Source: Octopus vulgaris (taxonomy: Eukaryota). Taken from it: DNA of 64,000 nucleotides. The translations under genes and the position numbers were made by a program. Shown in pieces: positions 53,913-64,000 of this stretch. Each line of letters starts with the position of its first letter. Within the stretch, counting starts at the first letter, position 1. Below the pieces are notes generated by a model. That model had not been told where the DNA came from. It ran no database searches and saw nothing but the letters and a program-made list of their open reading frames with translations. Location of the stretch: the NCBI GenBank assembly GCA_951406725.2, contig OX597825.1:11780001-11844000 (forward strand). The letters run 5' to 3'.

Positions 53913-56186
53913 CTATAATTCTGTATACATATTGCCAAATGCATACACCGCAAAAGCAGAAGGCATTCTGAGATTTTGATCGTGTTGTACTGTACATTAT
54001 TTATTGATAAGATTGGATGAGAGAAGCAAAAAAAAAAAAAAAAAAAAATATTTTAAGACAAACTGAAATTCTTGTAAAAAAAATTATAAAAAGATATTTT
54101 CAAAATGAAATTACTGTTATATTTAATTAACACATACTCCATTTGTTTGCACTCTTTCTGGTCTTTTCTCTTTTTGCTTTTTATTTTTCTATTCCGTCCG
54201 CAATTTAGTAAATAGACATAGAATGTTTATCTGAATAATTATTTCAAAGATGATGAACCAATATTCATGGAGCCATTTCACAAGTAAAATTACACATTTA
54301 CAACGCTTTAAGATAGTTTCAATCAGATACAACATCAACGAACAATAGAGTACGTAAAACACATAATTGTAATATATTATTGGAGTTATTTATTTTTAAT
54401 AAAGTTCAAAAATTCCCGTATCATTGATATTCAGATCAAATAGGTAAAAAAAAAATACTAAAACAAATAGAAGAAATAAAATAAATAGACAGAGGAAATT
54501 TAGACGTATTTGGCAAAGTGAAGTGACCTATCTTTACAAGTCTAGTATAATGTTGGCACCCACAGTAGACAGCCAGTCTAGTTGAGGTTTTAGTAATATC
54601 GCTTTTTATCAGAAATATATATTAGACGTGATTTTGCCATTTTCATGTTTTTTACTATTGTTTTCAGATTCTCAGCACAGATTTTCCACATTTCCTAAGC
54701 CTGTTAATATTATCAACTCCTACCCCACCCCACCAGTTTGTTATTTTCTTCCATATCCTTTCTTTCTTCCAATTTAATTATGTATTCCTATAAACACATA
54801 TATATGTATGTGTATATTTTATATCTATATATCCATATATGTGTACACTCATACACACACACACATATATATAAATATTAAATATGTATGTATGTATAAA
54901 TATTTGTGTGCGTGTATGGTGCGTGTGTATATATGTGTGTGTGTGTATCTGTGTATGTGTGTGTGTGTGTGTGTGTCTATGTGTTTGTACTTTCATAGAC
55001 ATATTTATAAACCATTATTCACGCGGAGATATATACTGCAGACAGTGTATGTTTATATGACTTCATATACGAAATTATTTCTATAGAAGTAGAAAAATAA
55101 CACACACACACGCAGATACGCATACGCACACACACACATGCACACACATACATACACGCTTATATCTATGCGTGTGCACGTATACAGGAATATTTGTTTT
55201 TCTTTTATTTACATATGTATAAAATTTATGGTTGCTTAACTACACATATGAGTGTACATGCAGATATATTAGACACACAACGAACAAACTTGCACACACA
55301 GACACACACAAACACAAACACACACACATATACATTCATAAACATATTTAGGAATGGAACGCATATTTATATATGAAAATATATGCATATCTTTGCACAC
55401 TGAATATAATCTAGCATTATAAAAACATAGTTGTAGACTGTATGATATATTTATGTACATAAATATGTATTTTCATATACACTTATGCATGTTCATCAAA
55501 ATAATACCGAACACTGCAGTAAATATATGTTTTCTTGGAACATAGAAGTCAGTCAATCTATTGAGACATAAATACACAGGAGCCAATCAGAAAGGCCGTT
55601 TATTGTCAAGTGAATTGCAATAAAAAGGAGCCATATCGCTCTCGTATCAGTTAGTACTGTTTTAAGAATAGACGACCATATCGGACAACAATGTACAATA
55701 AAATATTAAATGTAGGTGCTCATTGGTAAAACAGTTTTACACAATACGGGCTGGCATTTGACTATTCAAGTACTTTGAAAATAACAGTAAATTACTTCAT
55801 GCTTTTTTAATACTCAGTAAATATGTGTGTAGTATTCTAGTGCATTTGTATATCGTTTCATCTACATGGATAAGGACGGTTAAACTAGAAAAAAAAAGGC
55901 TGAATAAATGAAGGAAATTATTTATTTACGAGTGCAAGCATACAAATACGCAAATGTAGACAGTTTCACATACACATACAAAGAAATGTAGACTTAAATC
56001 AAGAGTCGTCTGCTATCGTAAAATATGTTACCGTTCTGTATCTTGTTTTAGTATTGGTTGATCTCTTTCTGATATGCTAATAGCAAGAAACGCAAACGAA
56101 GTTGCAGCGAGTGTGAGCCACTATGAATAATGATGGAGGATAAATGGAGGGAAATGGGGAAAAAAAAAGCTTTACTGAAATTACGC

Positions 56187-56403
56187 TTTTACTCTTTTAA
56201 TTGTTTCAGGCATTTGACAGTGGCCATGCTGGAGCACCGCCTTTAGTCGAGCAAATCGACCCCAGGACTTATTCTTTGGAAGCCTGGTACTGATTCTATC
56301 GGTCGCTAAGTTACGGCGACGTAAACACACCAGCATCGGTTGTCAAGCGATGTTGGGGAGACAAAAAAAGACACAAACATATACATACACATGCATATAT
56401 ATT

Positions 56404-56478
<75 letters not shown>

Positions 56479-56640
56479 GATGATCTTCTTTCAGTTTCCG
56501 TCTACCAAATCCACTCACAATGCTTTGGTCGACCCGACGCTATAGTTGAAGACACTTGCCCAAGGAGCCACGCAGTGGGACTGAATCCGGAACCATATGG
56601 TTGGTAAGCAAGCTACTTACCACACAACCACTCCTGCGCC
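56187..56640 (-). mobile_element. SINE family B
   Basis: Reverse-complement copy with internal (TA)n. Confidence 0.92.
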
Positions 56641-57439
56641 TATAATTAAAAGTGAAATAAGAACCATACCATTTTTGACATGTACGAGTACTAACCTCAT
56701 GAAATTTTGAAAGAATATTGTAAAGTTTCTAAAACATATTTTGGAATCTAATTGTATTATTTTACATTACATCTCCATATCATCTGATTTGTCACTTTAT
56801 TTAATTATAGCTTAATCAAAGGCGGAAGAGCATCGCTCTGCATAATTATGCGCACCCCTCCTATATTACGTGAGTGATGTGTGGAGAATACAATGTCTCA
56901 AATTTTTAACCAGATCAGCGACTTGTTCCGTGCAATTAAAATAGTGGATGAGTCTCCGTCTGTTTCGATAACGAACATTTACATATTCGATTTTCTGAAT
57001 CCTCAGCATCAAATGAATCACTTGCTCAAGCAATTAGCAAAAATGTGTATGATTATTTCACATACTAGTTCACTCTTAATGTAATTCTAAATGAGAATCG
57101 GCGAGACATAACTGAAAATTCACATTATTTTTTTACAATCAATATTATAGGATTTCATACAGTTTCTGACTGCATAGTTTCAATTTAGCAAAGTCAAACC
57201 GAGACTATTGTAAGAAAATTAGCTTAGTTCACCACTTGTTTGGATTACACCGAGACCTCGCACAATTTCAAGTGAACTGCTTTACCATAGATTCATGCCA
57301 CATCCACCTATTCGCAATATTGGAAGACGCGTAGGTGTGTGAGGTGGTGATGTTGAACAAGATTAGGTCTGTCAGTCAAGACTAAGTCTAATCCAAACTA
57401 CTTCGTTGGAGTTCATTCTATTGAAAATCATAAAATTGC

Positions 57440-57582
57440 AAGTTCTGTGGAGTGGGTCAATTCAACTGAAAGGACGAAATGCAAATTCGATCTTGGCGGA
57501 ATTTGAACTGAGAACGTAAAAACGGACGAAACGCTGCAAACTATTTTGTCCGGTGTGCTATCAAATCCGCCAGTTTGCCGTC
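57440..57582 (-). mobile_element. SINE family A-related fragment, diverged
   Basis: GAAAGGACGAAATGCAAATTCGATCTTGGCGGAATTTGAACT. Confidence 0.75.
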
Positions 57583-58295
57583 TTATGCTGAAATCATAAT
57601 ATATCACTGATGTGTTACAAATCAAAATGTTTTGGCCTTCTCTGCATCTATATACGCAGAGTTGGGAAGTAGCTTTAAAAAAGTTCATCGCTATATTAAT
57701 CTATTGTCGATGTACGAACATCTATAATCCATACATAGAAATTCATTTCTATTTACTTATCATTATTAGTAAATTCCATCACACACTTATTTGGAATGTT
57801 GTTATAAATTATGAGAGGAATGATCGCTGTATTAATTCTATCATTTTTCAAAGTATTAATAATTTCTTGTACTCGTTTCTTCTTACTGTATTTATATTAG
57901 TACCCTGTTTTGAGTAATTAGACGTGTCCAAAATCTGGCAAACTCTGATTATGAATAAACGTTTTATCATCATAGTTGAAATATGTAAAGATTAAGACAC
58001 TTGCCTGGAAACTATCCAAAAAGAAGAAAAACAAAAAATCATATCTCGTTTCATATCCATAAATAATAATAGACATTTATTAGCGAGTGACAATATAAAC
58101 AAAAAGTGTAATTAACAAGGGTATTTATACACTTTTCAAGTTCCACCCACATACACGGCCAGACTGATATAATTTACCACTTACATTTCTAATTCTCTTT
58201 AATTTAAAACACAAGTACACGTACATATCTATATAGGAAGATGTATGTATATAGATATATACGTAGAATCACACGACTATATATATATATATATT

Positions 58296-58542
58296 GTGGA
58301 GGCGTGTGGCTTAGTGGTAAGGGTTGCACCATCATGCTCGTAAGATTGTGGTTTCGATTCCTGGATCGTATTCTTGAGCAAAACACTTCCACTTCATTTC
58401 ACGTTGCTCCAGTCCACTCAGCTGGCAAAAATGAGTAACACTGCGATGAACTGGCTTCCCATCCAGCTGGAGAACACATACGCCATGGAAACCGGGAAAC
58501 CGGGCCCATGAGGCTGGCTAGACTTTAAAAGGGCGCGTTTAT
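58296..58542 (+). mobile_element. SINE family C
   Basis: Matches the 8123 and 43699 copies. Confidence 0.9.
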
Positions 58543-58627
58543 TATATATATATATATATCTATATATATTGTTATACTTGGGGATGATCTTTACTGCCAG
58601 CTAAACACACGCTCTCTCTCTCTCTCC

Positions 58628-58661
<34 letters not shown>

Positions 58662-58667
58662 GACATT

Positions 58668-58785
58668 CTTCTTTTAGTTTTATTTAGTTTTGAAGACTGT
58701 TCACCAAGGTGCCACGCAGTGGAGACTGAACCGGTAACCATGTAGTTGGTAAGCAAGCTAATTATCACATGGTGACTCCTGCACC
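58668..58785 (-). mobile_element. SINE family B head fragment
   Basis: CCAAGGTGCCACGCAGTGG.GACTGAACC. Confidence 0.8.
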
Positions 58786-59315
58786 TTCATATGTAGATAC
58801 AATCGTTCATATATACCATCATTCATTTGAAAAACAAAGGTTTCTACATAATTACTATTATTGAGTTTTAACATTCTAATATATTAAATCTCGTTAATTT
58901 TATTTAAAACATAAGTTTCTAACCAAGGTATTTTACTTATATGTATTCAATTTCTACAGAAGATTTTCATTCAGATGATAGTTTATTTTCTTATGCATAC
59001 ATCCAATGATATTTTACAAACTCAGGATTTATTAGTCATTGCCTTTTTATAGTTTTTTTCTGCTGTTATTGCAAGTTCAGCATATTAATTTTCCCTCGGT
59101 ATACTATGTTCCCTCTGTGTGTATGTGTGTGTGTGTGTTATCGTGTGTGTGTGTGTGTGTGTGCATGTGTTTGTGTGTGATTGTGTGTGCATGTGTTTGT
59201 GCAATGATATGTACGTATGTATGCATGAATGTAAGTTTGTATGGATGTATGTACGTATGTATATATATATATGTAGCTATGTATATATATATCTATCTAT
59301 GCATCTCCTTCCCTC

Positions 59316-59359
<44 letters not shown>

Positions 59360-59427
59360 TAGGATCAGTTATAAAAGCAAATATATGGAAGAGTTGTATT
59401 CTGTACGCATCGTGGTATTATTTTAGC

Positions 59428-59657
59428 CTTTTATTCACGCATACGTTTCAGCACTGAAACTGTGTCCATGCTGGGGCACCGCCAGTGTGATCATCTTTGG
59501 GAATGGCTTTTGGTGAAGGAGGGATTTCGATACCGCCACCCTCTTTTGAGTTTCCTGCCCTGATAGTGTTTGATCTGCGATCTTGGATAGCAAGAGGTCA
59601 AGTTGTTTTCTTAAAAAAACATCTACCACCAATCAGTAGAGACCCCTCGGATATTTT

Positions 59658-59658
<1 letters not shown>
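59428..59658 (-). mobile_element. LINE 3' terminus (CR1-group-like ORF2 end plus 3' UTR)
   Basis: VDVF..KQLDLLLSKIADQ..SLLHQ C-terminal motif; the 3' UTR matches the SINE B tail. Confidence 0.7.
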
Positions 59659-59699
<41 letters not shown>

Positions 59700-59703
<4 letters not shown>

Positions 59704-59864
59704 AGGCCTTTTTTTCAGTTTCCGCCTACCAAATCCACTCACAAGATTTTGGTCGGCCGAGGCTGTAGTAAAAGACACTTACCCAAGGAGCCACGCAGTG
59801 GGAGTGAAACCGGAACCATCTGGTTAGGAAACAAGCCTCTTACTACAAAGCTACTCCTGCGCCT
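59700..59864 (-). mobile_element. SINE family B 5' half
   Basis: Reverse complement of head and CORE-like segment. Confidence 0.85.
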
Positions 59865-59865
59865 G

Positions 59866-60052
<187 letters not shown>

Positions 60053-61333
60053 GCATGTAAATACATTTATAGAGCTTCACATCTTGCTTGGTACACATGC
60101 ACCGATATATGTTATCATTGAGCAAATTGTTACAATCCTATTTCGTTGTACATTTTCTAATTTTTTTTTCTCCTTAATGTAATATAAATACTCACAGTTA
60201 ACTTTGCAGCGTAAGTGATCACTCCAAATTTATATAGGTTTGTATAAGTCTAAAAACCATAACAGTTTATAAATTCTAGTACAGAGTTTGTCCAAAAGTT
60301 GTAAGGTATCTGATAGCTTGGTTCTAGCTGATATTGTTATTTCCTTATTCTGAGGGGTTGCAAATTGAAATCTTAGTTGTGTTTGAACTTAGAGCAATCG
60401 TATTGATAGACATCACCATACAATGATTTCTATGATCATTTAGGAAATCATCGATGATCTTCACAATGGTCTTCAGGGACTATATTAAACAGACGGATGT
60501 GATTTGACGAACGTTTTGCTACACTTTCTTGATGCAGAGGCAATACTTTCCATTAGATTGTTAGCTTATTTAAGAGTTAGTTTTACGCCATACTATTTAA
60601 TATTGAATAATATATTCACAATTTTCAGCCAACATTGCGATATGAAGCTAACAATTTCACACCTGGGAGTAAGGCGCTCGAAGAAGCCTATTTACTCTTT
60701 ATAAAAGTTACTATCTTATGACATGCAGTGTTATATCAGTCCTATGTTACAGAACAATGACCTTGCATCCCGCAGTTCATCATATTATTGATCCTCACTG
60801 AGCAATAAATCTCTTAGAGATAACACTATTCAAAAAATGATTTACGTTGCAGATAATTATTGTTCAACCAGAAAGCGTCTTTCGATGTTGAGTTTAAAAT
60901 TACTTGGTTTTTATCAGAAGCGCCTGTAGTTTATGAGATGAGACCAATTATGTCTTAAAGCTATACGTGAATAATAAATACTGTTCACGATGAATAATGA
61001 AAATCTGAAAGATGGCATACAGATGAGACTTTGGGATACTCTGTTTTTATACCAAGCAAATGAATTTAACAATAACGGCTTATTCTTGTTTACAAATTCA
61101 GCAAAAGTATCATTTGCTGATGTGTCATGAGATCCGTCAAGAGAAAACAGGTTGTCATGTGTACGGTGAATCGCGAGAATCAGAACGGTGGCACTGATGT
61201 TCTCTATTAATGCATTCCGGCAGACTCGAACGAGAACATGCCAATCGCTGTTGTATTTCCTCATTAGAAATAAACATCTACATTGAGATGAATGTGTATT
61301 CAAAACAACTCGATTTATTCGCGAAAAGAAATT

Positions 61334-61388
61334 TCGGAGAACCTACTGTTTCGACACATTTGTGTCTCTTCAGCCAACGCTGCTCCGA
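61334..61388 (-). ncRNA. Candidate hammerhead ribozyme, canonical core, weak proximal stem I
   Basis: Minus strand CTGAAGA-GACAC(AAAT)GTGTC-GAAAC-A-GTA; distal TCGGAG/CTCCGA pairing; AATAAA ~25 nt downstream. Confidence 0.55.
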
Positions 61389-63633
61389 GCTAATGAATCT
61401 AACGAGAGTTACAATAGTTTGCGATTCCAGAACGTATTAAAACGAATGTATATCATTGTACTGATATATACGCTGCTCTCCGTGCACATGACGATTTGTT
61501 ATCATTGGAAGATATCGATACGCATCAACAATTGATTTGTTTGGTAAAATTTTAAAGAGGAATCACCTGGCCAAGTTCGATCATTAGTCTGGAGTATATG
61601 TTGGGATAATTTTTCTGCCGATTAACAGGTGCTGCTCGATAGTGAAATTTACCACCAAGAAAAAGAAAAAAAAATATATTGATTCTCAATTAATTATAAT
61701 ATTTTAAAAACAAATATTAGATGCGGCTTATACTTGTAAACTACTAAAACACAAAGTGTGAATAGAAATGCATATATGTACACATGGTAAGACTTTCAGC
61801 TAATTCCTAAAAGTGTCGATGTAGACGCCGAACAAAACAGCAGATACAGTATTGGATACTTGTAACAGAAACGACTGCATTGTTTCTTTGAAATGAAGTG
61901 GAAATCAATATAAATATAAATTAATTTACATTAGCTTCCAATTAATTTATTGTTTTTCGTGAATCAATTGATTTTTTTCTCCTTTCATCTCGAGACAATT
62001 AGGCAAATATACCTAGGAAATTTGTGACGAAATCTAAATACTTTCCATCATTTTGTCATCAGCAATAATTAAATTTTGCCATGTCTCAAGAATAAATCAG
62101 TTAAACTTGGTTCTAATAATATTAGGAGAAAATATTACACAAAAGCGTTTGTTGCTTATAAATTTACCGCCTAATCTAATGAAAATTTCTTTACTTTTCT
62201 TTTCTTTGTTTTCTATCACATTGTCGTTAATTTAAATAGATGTTTAATTACTGTTAAATATACAGGTTAAATATGATTTTCCTATGGCCCTATAAACTGT
62301 ATGCATATATTAATACGAAAAATAGGATATAATTAATGAATTAATTTTGATTTCCATATGGAAGCCATCATCATAGTACTGGAGGGAAAATTATATAATT
62401 TAATTGAATGCTTCTATGAAGGCATACATCGATAATTCTTTCATAAATTCCCATCCATGAATTAAATTTGGATATATATTACTTAAATATATAGATTTAA
62501 TTTGCGAAAATATGTACGTCACAACCATATTAATTTATGGTTAATTAAATTTAAATTTAAAAGAGAAATTTTCTGGTAAGTAGTATATAAATTAGTGTGT
62601 GTATATATATATATCTGTGCATATAACACAGTTATACTTATACTTGTGTACCTGTGTGTGTTTGTATATTTGTAGATATGGAACCAAGTCATGTTGTATG
62701 GTAAATAAGTTCAATTCAGTGCCGTGTATTTGCGGGTCCAATTTCAGTGCGGAGTAAGTGATTGATGCGTCTCTGGTGACTAAACAAGGCACACGATTGC
62801 CCAAACGGTATGATATTGAGCAGAGGATCTTTCGTCATACTTGCGTAAATAAATATACGAAAAAGCGGACACACAGCGGTTTAGCTTTTCACCTGTAGCA
62901 TTCGGTCGTAGATCAGCTGAAAATAAGGTAAGATTAGGGGAAGTAAATCAAATTTTGTTTTATCTTGAGATATATATATTACTGCTAATTAAAACAAAAT
63001 TAAAGAAGTGAAACTTTAAGCCAGCGAATTGTCAACTAGCTGCGAAATAGTTAACTATTGAGTATGGCGGTGAGAGTATTGGGATCGCCGCGATGCATTA
63101 AATCATTGATGAGAGGGCAGTTCTTAAAACAAATAAACAGAGTCGAATACGCAGTTACTGTTTTCATCATTGCCTTGCTGTCCAATACACAACGCATAAT
63201 TTGATTTTACAGGTAGATTCTATCACGTACTTGCATTCAATATTCAGTCATCACTTAGTTTCTCTATGAAGTGTGCGGCATTTAAAACGTGTTACTCAGT
63301 TATTCAATAAAGAAATATGTACCACATATAATAAAAAATAACTAGATAATACAATATAAAACATAAAAGGATAATATAATACAATAAAAACTAGCTGCTA
63401 CGTAATAGGAATAGTAAGTGACCAGACACGGTATTGTGGGCCGTTACTTGACCACCGTCTGTATATAGTACAATGCGCACCTTTATCAATTAAATTTTGT
63501 ACTGAGTTAAATAACAGTGACATTCGTCCTAACAAGAACTCCCACTTTATGTTGGCAAATGATCTTTACTCTCATTCTTTCTCTCTCTACAGATATATGC
63601 ATATATAATACAAGTATATATATATGTGTGTAA

Positions 63634-63990
63634 GTGGAGGCGCAATGGCCCAGTGGTTAGGGCAGCGGACTCGCGGTCATAGGATCGCGGTTTCGATTCC
63701 CAGACCGGGCGTTGTGAGTGTTTATTGAGCGAAAACACCTAAAAGCTCCACGAGGCTCCGGCAGGGGATGGTGGTGATCCCTGCTGTACTCTTTCACCAC
63801 AACTTTCTCTCACTCTTACTTCCTGTTTCTGTAGTACCTGTATTTCAAGGGGCCGGACATGTCACTCTCTGTTAAGTGTGCACGTGTCTGTGGAGTGTTC
63901 AGCCACTTACACGTTAATTTCACGAGCAGGCTGTTCCGTTGATTCGGATCAACCGGAACCCTCATCGTCATAACCGACGGAGTGCTTCCA
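63634..63990 (+). mobile_element. SINE family D with a ~30-bp internal deletion
   Basis: Near-identical to 5043-5417 but lacks the TCACGCTGAATATCCCCGAGAACTAC segment. Confidence 0.92.
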
Positions 63991-64000
63991 AATATGTGTG

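Noticed and set aside
60914-61303. 129-aa minus-strand ORF
   Set aside because: No recognisable domain or splice support; length is within chance expectation
63634-63710. tRNA-like sequences at SINE heads
   Set aside because: A and B boxes are present but there is no proper acceptor stem, and each continues into a SINE body; not tRNA genes

Overview
AT-rich, microsatellite-saturated metazoan non-coding DNA (intergenic or deep intronic). The repeat content looks like an octopus/coleoid genome; that assignment is an inference from recalled SINE families. I found no convincing host exon, and nearly all listed ORFs are translations of (TA)n/(CA)n/(TACA)n tracts or of SINEs. The window is a transposon graveyard: four tRNA-headed SINE families (several copies with clean 11-17 bp TSDs); LINE fragments of RTE, CR1-group, R4/Dong-like and Tx1/L1-like type; three mariner relics; two Tc1/mariner MITEs; and two non-autonomous Helitrons. 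The most notable signal is a set of short non-coding elements carrying type I hammerhead-ribozyme folds with palindromic stem III, in at least four sequence families (8.7/46.9 kb, 23.5 kb, 25.4 kb, 61.3 kb). One has the compensatory U3-A8 core and sits in a ~357-bp tandem unit with an inverted 5' copy, the architecture of Penelope pseudo-LTRs and retrozymes. Also notable are a SINE that occurs as one head plus exact 184-bp multimers, and a SINE/LINE pair sharing a 3' tail.
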